Part shown: positions 30,936 through 39,054 of the stretch, in pieces
Numbering within the stretch: the stretch's first letter is position 1
Layout of the letters: each line of letters starts with the position of its first letter
From: Rickettsiales bacterium
Lineage (GTDB): Bacteria; Pseudomonadota; Alphaproteobacteria; Rickettsiales; UBA1997
Length of the DNA stretch: 46,777 nt
NCBI GenBank assembly: GCA_033763375.1
Contig: JANRKR010000056.1
Span: 1 to 46,777 of the forward strand
Direction: 5' to 3'
Program-made: the position numbers and the translations under genes
The notes under the pieces: model-generated
What the model was told of the DNA's origin: nothing
Database searches by the model: none
Seen by the model: only the letters and a program-made list of their open reading frames with translations

Positions 30936-31631
30936 CTACAAAAAGTTACTGATTTTTTCTTTGCTCCAGGGAAATTTTGCCGCATTTCTTCTATTAATCA
31001 AAAAAGTTTTGCAGATTAAATCGTAAGCAGTGGTTTTTCTTTTGCTGATAATTTGAATTTGTGTCCACAATAAAAATATAATTCCTAAAAATATATTCAG
31101 CCAGGAAGCGGTAACGGTTTGATAAAAATTAATATTATGCTGAATCTGATAACCAAGAAGATACATGATAAAAACAAATGGCATTACCGATAAAAAATAA
31201 TGCATTAAAGCTTTATTAAAACCAAGAGTTGAACCATTTTCCTTGATAATTACAATATTCATTATGCGTTTGCCGATCGTTGCTTGCCAAGCTGAAGAGT
31301 TTAACAATGCGTGATAAAGTGCGCCAACAAAAATTACGGTAGCGTAAAAAAATAGCGCGATAAGAAAAATGCGATGATGAGTAACAAAGCTGATATGATC
31401 GGCATTATTTTTTACAAAATCAGTGCCAAATTTTTCTTTAAATTCAGCTAAAAATTTTTGAATTTCCAAATTAACAAAAAGTAATCCTAAAATTTGTGCC
31501 GTAAAAATACGCAGAAATAAAACAATCGTAATATCAATTCCACCAGCAACAGCGCGAGAGAAAGATTTAGCGTAAATTTTATCTACAGTTTTCTGAGTTA
31601 AAAAATTTGTAAATAATTTTTCAATGTTCAT
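30936..31631 (-). CDS. RDD-family membrane protein
   Basis: YAKSFSRAVAGGID, SSAWQATIGKRIMNIVI, YDLICKT (R-D-D pattern); several TM helices. Confidence 0.8.
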   Translation of the reverse strand: MNIEKLFTNFLTQKTVDKIYAKSFSRAVAGGIDITIVLFLRIFTAQILGLLFVNLEIQKFLAEFKEKFGTDFVKNNADHISFVTHHRIFLIALFFYATVIFVGALYHALLNSSAWQATIGKRIMNIVIIKENGSTLGFNKALMHYFLSVMPFVFIMYLLGYQIQHNINFYQTVTASWLNIFLGIIFLLWTQIQIISKRKTTAYDLICKTFLINRRNAAKFPWSKEKISNFL

Positions 31632-32577
31632 AGCCTGATTTTTTAATAGTTATTTTATGATTTTTTTGATCAAATAAAGTTACGCTAAACTTTTTATTAG
31701 TTGCTTTAACAAAGCTGCCAATGCAAGTCAGATCAAGTTTTAAATTTTGTGCTAATTGTAAAATTTTTTGATGATTCTTTGGATTTACAGCAAAAATTAA
31801 TTCATAATCATCACCGCCACAGATTAAATCGGTAATTTTTATTTGAGAGTTATTTTGCAAAGTTTTTTTTGCCGCTTCAGAAAACGGCACTTTATCTAAA
31901 AAAATTTCAGCACTAACTTGTGAAGATTGGCAAATATGGTTTAAATCAGCCAGCAAGCCATCAGAAACATCAATTGCACATCGCGAAAGATTTTTATCCA
32001 ATAATTGTTTTCCCAACTCAACTCGCGGCGATGGCAAAAAATGTCGTTGTTGCAAATATTTATTTTTAATTCCTTTTAAACCCAAAAAAGCGTCGCCAAT
32101 TGTTCCGGAAACAAAAATTAAATCACCATCTTGCGCCTGATTACGCAGTAAAATTTTACCTTTTTTAATAATACCAAAAATTGTAATTGAGAAAAAAAGT
32201 TTTTTTGCTGCAACGGTATCGCCACCAATTAAAGACAGCTGAAATTGATCTTGAACTGATTTTAATCCACTAACAAATTGGCGTAAAAATCTGGCATCGG
32301 TATAATTATTTTTAGAAAATCCTAATAAATAATGAAGTGGCTTCGCACCAGATGCAGCAAGGTCAGAAATGTTGGTAAGCAGAAGTTTTGCTGCAATTTT
32401 AGCAACATTTTGCGATCTTAAAAAGTGAACATCTTCAACAAAAATATCTTTACTAACGACTAATTCTTCATCTGCTTTTAATTTTATTTTTGCTACGTCG
32501 TCTTGAAGATTTTGCGCAGCTTGGTGACTTTTGGTTAAAGGTTTAAAATATTTTTCAATCAGCTGAAATTCTCTCAT
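31621..32577 (-). CDS. thiL: Thiamine-monophosphate kinase
   Basis: MREFQLI, DDVA, VEDVHF, NISDLAASGA, LIGGDT, VSGTIGDA, IDVSDGLLADL, GGDDYEL. Confidence 0.95.
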   Translation of the reverse strand: MREFQLIEKYFKPLTKSHQAAQNLQDDVAKIKLKADEELVVSKDIFVEDVHFLRSQNVAKIAAKLLLTNISDLAASGAKPLHYLLGFSKNNYTDARFLRQFVSGLKSVQDQFQLSLIGGDTVAAKKLFFSITIFGIIKKGKILLRNQAQDGDLIFVSGTIGDAFLGLKGIKNKYLQQRHFLPSPRVELGKQLLDKNLSRCAIDVSDGLLADLNHICQSSQVSAEIFLDKVPFSEAAKKTLQNNSQIKITDLICGGDDYELIFAVNPKNHQKILQLAQNLKLDLTCIGSFVKATNKKFSVTLFDQKNHKITIKKSGYEH

Positions 32578-33317
32578 AATTTAAAATCAACAATCACGCC
32601 ATTTTCGATAAAACGATTGAGCAAAGTTCCAATATCGAAAGTTTTTTTATTTTCTTTGCAGAGAATTTTATATATTTCGTAAAGCTTTTTTCCTTGTCGT
32701 ATTTTGATTAAAAACAAAAATTCTATTTTACTAAGTTCAATAATTCTTCCGTTGTATATCAGCATGAATTCTGCCTTGGTAAAGTTTTTTATTTTTTTTT
32801 CTTGTCGCCAAATTGAATAAATCGCCAATTTTGTCTTAAATAAAGTAACACGATCGTCAACATTAAAAGTTAAATCAGAAAAATCTTTTTGGGTAATTTT
32901 TTTAAATTTTTTTAGGTCAAATTTTTTTCTTCTTTCGTCAAAAAAATAAGAATGATGATGTAAAAGTTCTAACTGCGCTAAATCTTTTAAATATAATGGT
33001 TTACATGATTTTATAAATTGTGGAAATTTTTTACCAAATTCGTTTAAATCGCCACTTTTAGAAGGAAATTTTTGGCAATATTTTTTGGCTAATTCGCAAA
33101 AATTTTTTTCACCCAAAATTTTTTTTGTTACCAAAAAAATTGACGATAAAACTGCAATAAAATTTCCCAAAACATTATTGCGATAAATGTCTAAGCGAGC
33201 AAGCGCTTCAAGGTTTGGATGTAAAATTTCTTGCAGAATTTCTTGATCAGATTTGCTAAAAATATGTTTAGCAAATTGCTGTTGAGTTTTGATCAGGCTA
33301 GAGTTTTTTTTGCTCAT
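32574..33317 (-). CDS. DUF2063-family partner protein (HvfC/BufC-like peptide-recognition partner of MNIO enzymes)
   Basis: QQQFAKHI...RLDIYRNNV...LSSIFLVTKKILGEKNF...FPSKSGDLNEFGKKFPQFI...YLKDLAQLE; directly downstream of and overlapping DUF692. Confidence 0.85.
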   Translation of the reverse strand: MSKKNSSLIKTQQQFAKHIFSKSDQEILQEILHPNLEALARLDIYRNNVLGNFIAVLSSIFLVTKKILGEKNFCELAKKYCQKFPSKSGDLNEFGKKFPQFIKSCKPLYLKDLAQLELLHHHSYFFDERRKKFDLKKFKKITQKDFSDLTFNVDDRVTLFKTKLAIYSIWRQEKKIKNFTKAEFMLIYNGRIIELSKIEFLFLIKIRQGKKLYEIYKILCKENKKTFDIGTLLNRFIENGVIVDFKL

Positions 33318-34179
33318 TTTCTAAAATCTTTTTAGCTTTTTTTGATTCGCCAAGTAACACTTCAAAGTCTGGAAAGTCTTGATCCCATTCTATTAAAGAA
33401 GGAACTTTGCCAAAAATTTCTATAGCCATTTTATAAATTTGCCACACTTGTGAATTGACCAAATTATTGTGAGTGTCGATAAGAATTTTTTTATGTTTTT
33501 TGCCGTCAAAAATTTCTGATTGAGAATGTCCGGCTAAATGAATTTCTTTAACAATTTTTTTATTAAGTTTTTTTAGATAATTTATTGGTTCAAACTGAGC
33601 GCAATTTTGCCAACTAACAAAAATATTGTTTACATCTAAAAGCAAAGCGCAGCCAGTTTTAGCGGTGATTTCATTGATAAAATCAGCTTCAGACATTTCT
33701 GATTTTTTAAAAGCTAAATAAGCAGAAGGATTTTCAATCAGAATTTGAGATTTGAGAAAATCCTGCATTTGTAAAATATTATCTGTAATTGCCTGCAATG
33801 ATTCTTTGGTGTAAGGTAAAGGCAACAAGTCATTGAGATGATTTTTGTTAATTCTTCCCCAAGAAATATGATCAGAAATTAAAAAAGGTTGAGTAATTTC
33901 GGCTAAAGCTTTTAGTTTTTTTAAATGGTTTAAATCAAGTTTTTGAGAGGATCCAAGCGAGTTTCCAACTGAATGCAAGCTGAGAGGAAAATCTTGGCGA
34001 ATTGTGATTAAATTTTTTACGGCGACGCTGTTTAGATCGTAATAATTTTCACTGTGGATTTCGATCCAGCCGATTTTTTTTGAGATTTTTCGAGGATTTT
34101 TTAGAAAGTGTGGAACATATTGAGATCTAAGCCCAACTCCGGCTAGATTTGACGGAGTTGGAACTTTTTTAAAACTCAT
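33298..34179 (-). CDS. DUF692 multinuclear non-heme iron oxidative enzyme (MNIO; MbnB/TglH/ChrH/HvfB/BufB family)
   Basis: GVGLR, WIEIHSENY, LSLHSVGNSLG, ISDHISW, DLLPLPYT, LIENPSAY, LLLDVNN, EIHLAGH, IDTH, LIEWD. Confidence 0.93.
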   Translation of the reverse strand: MSFKKVPTPSNLAGVGLRSQYVPHFLKNPRKISKKIGWIEIHSENYYDLNSVAVKNLITIRQDFPLSLHSVGNSLGSSQKLDLNHLKKLKALAEITQPFLISDHISWGRINKNHLNDLLPLPYTKESLQAITDNILQMQDFLKSQILIENPSAYLAFKKSEMSEADFINEITAKTGCALLLDVNNIFVSWQNCAQFEPINYLKKLNKKIVKEIHLAGHSQSEIFDGKKHKKILIDTHNNLVNSQVWQIYKMAIEIFGKVPSLIEWDQDFPDFEVLLGESKKAKKILENEQKKL

Positions 34180-34189
34180 AAGACTAAAA

Positions 34190-34480
34190 TTAGTTTTTAG
34201 TTTCTTCAGTTTTAGTTTCTTCTTTTTTTACAGCAGATTTTTTATGTTTTTTGCTTTTGGTTTTAGAAGCGCATTTATTAGCTTCATCTTTCATTGCTGA
34301 ACATTTGTGAGCTTCATCTTTTTTGCCAGAGCATTTGTGAGCTTCATCTTTTTTAGCAGCGCAGCCATTTTTAGCGCCACAGAAATTAGCTTCGCTTTTG
34401 CCACCAAAATGTGAACAAGAAGCAACAAGGCTAAGAGTTGCTATACCAGCAGCAACTGATTGTAAGAATTTTTTATTCAT
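34190..34480 (-). CDS. Putative RiPP precursor: Cys-repeat lipoprotein
   Basis: Signal MNKKFLQSVAAGIATLSLVAS|C22; Cys at 34, 40, 50, 60, 70; three 10-aa repeats KKDEAHKCSG / KKDEAHKCSA / MKDEANKCAS; 10 bp upstream of DUF692. Confidence 0.85.
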   Translation of the reverse strand: MNKKFLQSVAAGIATLSLVASCSHFGGKSEANFCGAKNGCAAKKDEAHKCSGKKDEAHKCSAMKDEANKCASKTKSKKHKKSAVKKEETKTEETKN

Positions 34481-34657
34481 AGAATTTACCTATAATTTTA
34501 GATTATTTTGGATAGAAAAGCGAGTCATTGGTGATGTAATTGCCGCGGCAAATTATTTAGTAAATTTGACTTGTCAATTGTCTGTTGGAAATTCTAATCT
34601 AAATTAGCTTTGGTTAAAAACTTTAGTTAAAAACAAATTCAAATAAATTCTTTCAAA

Positions 34658-35866
34658 ATGATTAAAGAGCAATTTTTAAATAATATTAAATCCGAGTTAG
34701 AAGCTTTAAAAACAAGCGGTCTTTATAAAAATGAATATGAAATTATAACGCCACAATCTTCGGCAATTGAGATAAATTATTCTTCAGTAAAAAAATCGGT
34801 TCTTAATTTTTGTGCGAATAACTATTTGGGTTTGGCTAATAATAAAAGTTTGATTGAAATAGCTAAGAAATCACTTGATGAATATGGTCTTGGAACTGCT
34901 TCAGTGCGCTTTATTTGTGGTACTTTTGACCTGCATAAAACTTTTGAAAAAAAGCTTAGCGAATTTTTAGGATTTGAAGATGTTATAACATTTTCATCCT
35001 GTTTTGCTGCAAATGGTGCGGTTTTTTCAGCGCTTTTTGATGAACAAGATGCAATTATTTCAGCTGATTTAAATCACGCCAGTTTGATTGACGGAATCAG
35101 ATTATGCAAAGCAGCGCGCTATTTTTATAAATTTGACGATATGTTGGATTTAGAAAAAAAGTTACAAGAAGCGCAAAAAAATAAAACTCGTGTGATTGTT
35201 ACCGATGGCGTATTTTCAATGGATGGAGACATTGCTAAATTAAATGAAATTTGTGATTTGGCAGAAAAATATGATGCTTTGGTTTTGGTTGATGATTCTC
35301 ACGCTACCGGATTTATTGGTGAAAATGGCAGAGGAACTCTTGAATATTGTGGCGTTGAAGGTCGCGTTGATATTTTAACTTCAACGCTCGGTAAAGCTTT
35401 GGGCGGCGCTGGCGGTGGATTTATTGCTTCAAAAAAAGAAATAATTGAAAAGTTGCGCAATAAATCGCGTCCATATCTTTTTTCTAATAATATTTTACCT
35501 TTAGTTGCAGCTGTTGGAATTGAAATTCTTGACATGATTATTGATTCAAAAACTTTGATCAAAAAACTGAGTCAAAACACAACTTATTTTAGAGAGAAAA
35601 TGTTAGCAGCCGGTTTTGATTTACGTGATAAAAACGCTGTTCATCCTGTTGTGCCGGTAATGCTTAATGATGAAATTTTGGCAAGTAAATTTGCTAAAAT
35701 GATGATTGAAGAAGGAATTTATGTAATTGCTTTTTCTTTTCCGGTTGTGCCAAAAAATCAAGCGCGTATTCGTGTGCAAATTTCAGCGGCGCATGAAAAA
35801 GATCATTTAGATTCAGCAATTGCTGCTTTTATAAAAGTAGGAAAAAAGCTTAATGTAATAAATTAA
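34658..35866 (+). CDS. kbl: Glycine C-acetyltransferase (2-amino-3-ketobutyrate CoA ligase)
   Basis: LNFCANNYLGLA, ASVRFICGT, LNHASLIDGIRLCKA, TDGVFSMDG, DDSHATG, TLGKALGGAGGG, ARIRVQISAAH. Confidence 0.95.
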   Translation: MIKEQFLNNIKSELEALKTSGLYKNEYEIITPQSSAIEINYSSVKKSVLNFCANNYLGLANNKSLIEIAKKSLDEYGLGTASVRFICGTFDLHKTFEKKLSEFLGFEDVITFSSCFAANGAVFSALFDEQDAIISADLNHASLIDGIRLCKAARYFYKFDDMLDLEKKLQEAQKNKTRVIVTDGVFSMDGDIAKLNEICDLAEKYDALVLVDDSHATGFIGENGRGTLEYCGVEGRVDILTSTLGKALGGAGGGFIASKKEIIEKLRNKSRPYLFSNNILPLVAAVGIEILDMIIDSKTLIKKLSQNTTYFREKMLAAGFDLRDKNAVHPVVPVMLNDEILASKFAKMMIEEGIYVIAFSFPVVPKNQARIRVQISAAHEKDHLDSAIAAFIKVGKKLNVIN

Positions 35867-35897
35867 CTAAGATTCTAAACAGGCTCTAATTAAAAAA

Positions 35898-37028
35898 ATG
35901 AAAAATCCACGCCACTTTTTAAAAGAATTTAATTTATATTTTTTGATAATTCTTTTTGCGCTCACTTCCTGCAAAACTACTGAAGAAAGAATGCAGAAAA
36001 ATCTTCATTCAACTTGGCAAGAATATTTTCAAAAAACTTTTGATCAAACAGCACCAATTGAAGTTTTAGTTGTAACTAACCGTAATTCTAAAGATCAATT
36101 TTTTAGCTGCGAAGATAGTCAGTTTGGCGTTGAAGTTAATCAGGATTTAAAATTGGGGGATTTAAAATTTGGTATTTGTAAAATTAATGTTCCAAAAAAT
36201 CATATTGTTGGCGAAATAGAATTTGCCAAAGATAAAAAACAATCAGAACAAAATTTCTTTAAAATTTTAGATAGTAAAGCTTTGCAAGAAAAAGATTTTT
36301 TTGTTGAAGCTAAAAAGATCAAACGCCAAGCTTTAGTTTTTGTTCATGGTTTTAATGTGCGTTATCAGGAAGCAGTTTTGCGTGCAGCTCAAATTGCTTA
36401 CGACTTAAAATATCAGGGCGCAGTTATTCTTTTTACTTGGCCGGCTGGCGCGAAAGAAGGATTTTTAGCAGATAAAATGCTTAATAAAACCTATGCTGAT
36501 AATGCTAAAAATGCTGCTGATTCAATTCTGGCTTTTAAAAATTTTTTACTAACTCTGCAAAAAAACGATATTAAAATTAATTTGATAGTTCATTCGATGG
36601 GTCATCAAGTTGTGCTTCCGGCTTTACAACTGATTTCTGAATCTTATCCGCAAAAAACTTTGATCAGTAATTTAATTTTAAATGCGCCGGATTTTGAAAT
36701 TGGCCAATTTCGTAAGTTCGCGCCAAATCTTAAAAAAGTTAGTGATCATACCACGCTTTATTGCTCACAAAATGATAAAGCGATGATAGCTTCTAAAAGT
36801 TTCAATAATAATGATCGTCTTGGTGCTTGTGCTTTTATTGAAGAAATTGACGTAATAAATGTCGGCGAAATTGACAATTCAACTTTAGGTTTGGGACATG
36901 GTTATTATTCTTCACGACCAATTTTGTCCGATGTTTTTCAAACTCTTTTAGGAATTGACGCAAACAAAAGATTGTTTGTAGCTAAATCTGATTCAAATGG
37001 TTTAGATAAATATTTTTTGCGTAGATAA
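35898..37028 (+). CDS. Alpha/beta hydrolase lipoprotein (DUF900-like)
   Basis: Lipobox LTSC; VTNR; VFVHGFNV; FTWPA; VHSMG nucleophile elbow; NAPD; GHGYY. Confidence 0.82.
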   Translation: MKNPRHFLKEFNLYFLIILFALTSCKTTEERMQKNLHSTWQEYFQKTFDQTAPIEVLVVTNRNSKDQFFSCEDSQFGVEVNQDLKLGDLKFGICKINVPKNHIVGEIEFAKDKKQSEQNFFKILDSKALQEKDFFVEAKKIKRQALVFVHGFNVRYQEAVLRAAQIAYDLKYQGAVILFTWPAGAKEGFLADKMLNKTYADNAKNAADSILAFKNFLLTLQKNDIKINLIVHSMGHQVVLPALQLISESYPQKTLISNLILNAPDFEIGQFRKFAPNLKKVSDHTTLYCSQNDKAMIASKSFNNNDRLGACAFIEEIDVINVGEIDNSTLGLGHGYYSSRPILSDVFQTLLGIDANKRLFVAKSDSNGLDKYFLRR

Positions 37029-37083
37029 TGACATCATCACAAATCTTATTTTTTGCAAAAGCGCAATTTATGACGGTGCCATA

Positions 37084-37212
37084 ATGATAATCGATCCTAA
37101 AAAAATTCCCGACAAATCATTGATAATAGCAAAATCAACTGCAATTGCCTTGATGATTGTGCTAATAACTTTGGTGATAATCTTTATAATTTTAACTTTA
37201 ATTAAATTATGA
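37084..37212 (+). CDS. Small single-pass membrane protein (42 aa; below the ORF-track cutoff)
   Basis: Hand translation MIIDPKKIPDKSLIIAKSTAIALMIVLITLVIIFIILTLIKL*; its TGA overlaps the dgt ATG (ATGA). Confidence 0.55.
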   Translation: MIIDPKKIPDKSLIIAKSTAIALMIVLITLVIIFIILTLIKL

Positions 37213-38363
37213 ACTTTCAATTAACAGCATTTGCAGTGGATGAAGCTAATTCTCGTGGCAGGCTTCATAAAGAAATTTATGACGATTCAAGATATCGCTC
37301 AATTTTTGGTCGTGATCGTGACCGCATTATCAACTCTTCAGCCTTTCGGCGCCTGCAATATAAAACTCAAGTTTTTGTTAATCATGAAGGTGATCACTAT
37401 CGCACGCGTTTGACTCATTCATTAGAAGTTGCGCAAATTGCTCGTTGGATTGCTGGCGCGCTTAAAGTAAATAAAGATTTGGCAGAAATTGTCGCTTTGG
37501 CACATGATCTGGGTCATACGCCTTTTGGTCACGCTGGCGAAGAAGCGCTTAATGATAAGATGAAAGACTATGGCGGCTTTTCTCACAATGCTCACACTTT
37601 AAAAATTATTACCAAATTAGAAACGCGTTTTATTGAATTTGAAGGTCTTAATTTGTCTTGGGAAATGCTAGAAGGCGTAGTTAAACATAATGGTCCAATT
37701 CTAAATCATTTGGAACTTCCTGATTATATTTCGGAATATAATTCCAAGCATGATTTAGATTTAAAAAACTTTCCATCAATTGAAGCACAAATTTCGGCAG
37801 TTTCAGACGATATTGCTTATAATAGTCACGATATTGAAGATGGTTTGCGCGCTGGTTTATTCAAGATTGAAGATCTTTTTTATCTGCCAATTATTGGTGA
37901 TATTTATCGTGAAGTTATTCAAAAAAATCCTAATTTTCGAAGAGAATCAATAGTTGGTGAAGCCAATAAAAGATTGGTTTTATTTTTGGTTACCGATGTC
38001 ATTGATAATATTAAAAGAAACTTGCGGGAAAATAAAATAGTTAGCACTAAAGATGTTTATGAATGCAAAAAATTATTAGCAAGTTTCTCGCCCAGAACAG
38101 AATTTGCTAATCAAACTTTAAAAAAGTTTTTAATGCAAAATATGTATCGTCATTCCACGATAAATCGCATGACTTTGAAAGCTAAAAAAATTATCGGCGG
38201 ACTATTTGATTATTATATGCAAAGTCCGGGATGTCTTCCCGGAGATCTTACCGCAACAGCAATCAAAATTTTTGATAAAAAAACTTTGGCAATTTTTGTT
38301 GCCGATTATATCGCTGGCATGACTGATCGTTATGCTATTAAAGAATTTGAAGAATTAGTATGA
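37209..38363 (+). CDS. dgt: Deoxyguanosinetriphosphate triphosphohydrolase (dGTPase)
   Basis: RDRDRIINSSAFRRLQYKTQVF, RTRLTHSLEV, AHDLGHTPFGHAGE, DDIAYNSHDIEDG, DYIAGMTDRYA. Confidence 0.95.
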   Translation: MNFQLTAFAVDEANSRGRLHKEIYDDSRYRSIFGRDRDRIINSSAFRRLQYKTQVFVNHEGDHYRTRLTHSLEVAQIARWIAGALKVNKDLAEIVALAHDLGHTPFGHAGEEALNDKMKDYGGFSHNAHTLKIITKLETRFIEFEGLNLSWEMLEGVVKHNGPILNHLELPDYISEYNSKHDLDLKNFPSIEAQISAVSDDIAYNSHDIEDGLRAGLFKIEDLFYLPIIGDIYREVIQKNPNFRRESIVGEANKRLVLFLVTDVIDNIKRNLRENKIVSTKDVYECKKLLASFSPRTEFANQTLKKFLMQNMYRHSTINRMTLKAKKIIGGLFDYYMQSPGCLPGDLTATAIKIFDKKTLAIFVADYIAGMTDRYAIKEFEELV

Positions 38364-38914
38364 ATAATATTTTACCATATTTAGGAAAATTTCCTGAAAT
38401 TGACAATTCAGCTTTTATAGCGGCAAACGCAATAATTTCTGGCGCAGTTACAATTGGTAAAAATTCTGGAATTTGGTTTGGCTGTGTTTTGCGTGGCGAT
38501 GTTACTAAAATTACAATTGGTGAAAATACCAACATTCAAGATAATTGCGTTTTACACGGTACTAGACCAAATCATGCCCAAAATAAAACAGGGTCGCAAG
38601 GTGCTCCGGTTATAGTTGGAAGTCATGTCACTATCGGACATAATGCCATAATTCATGCTTGTATAATTGAAGATTACGCCTTTATTGGCATGGGTTCAAT
38701 TGTAATGGATCTAGCACGGGTTGAAAAATTTGCCATGTTAGCGGCCGGCGCAGTTCTTACTCCTGGGCGAGTTATAAAAAGTGGACAAATATGGGCGGGA
38801 AATCCAGCAAAATATTTTCGCGATATGACAGAAGCTGAAAAAAATTATATCAAAATATCTGCTGATAATTATGCCGATTTGGCAAGAGAATATACCAAAT
38901 CTAAAATCTATTGA
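38360..38914 (+). CDS. Gamma-class carbonic anhydrase family protein (YrdA/PaaY-like)
   Basis: Hexapeptide repeats, VLRGD, TNIQDNCVLH, VTIGHNAIIHAC, WAGNPAK. Confidence 0.92.
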   Translation: MNNILPYLGKFPEIDNSAFIAANAIISGAVTIGKNSGIWFGCVLRGDVTKITIGENTNIQDNCVLHGTRPNHAQNKTGSQGAPVIVGSHVTIGHNAIIHACIIEDYAFIGMGSIVMDLARVEKFAMLAAGAVLTPGRVIKSGQIWAGNPAKYFRDMTEAEKNYIKISADNYADLAREYTKSKIY

Positions 38915-39015
38915 TATTACTTGATTTGGTATATGGGGTTCCCCGCAAGGCGGGGCGTGACTCGTGTCACGAAAAAATAAATCAATACCAAATCTAAAGA
39001 ATTTAGATTTGGTAT
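38890..39015. repeat. Nested palindromic element: GC-rich double hairpin flanked by two ATACCAAATC hairpins
   Basis: ATATACCAAATC/GATTTGGTATAT (38890-38934); CCCCGC-AAG-GCGGGG and CGTGAC-TCGT-GTCACG (38941-38971); ATACCAAATCTAAA-GAA-TTTAGATTTGGTAT (38985-39015). Confidence 0.75.
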
Positions 39016-39054
39016 AAGATCGGTAAGTGATAAAAACTATATAATTGGCTGATA

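Noticed and set aside
30766-31026. 86-aa plus-strand ORF
   Set aside because: Mostly the palindromic MITE plus antisense RDD sequence; treated as a property of the element.
37209-38363. dGTPase as an anti-phage defence gene
   Set aside because: Looks like the ordinary alphaproteobacterial dgt and sits in a housekeeping operon, not a defence island.
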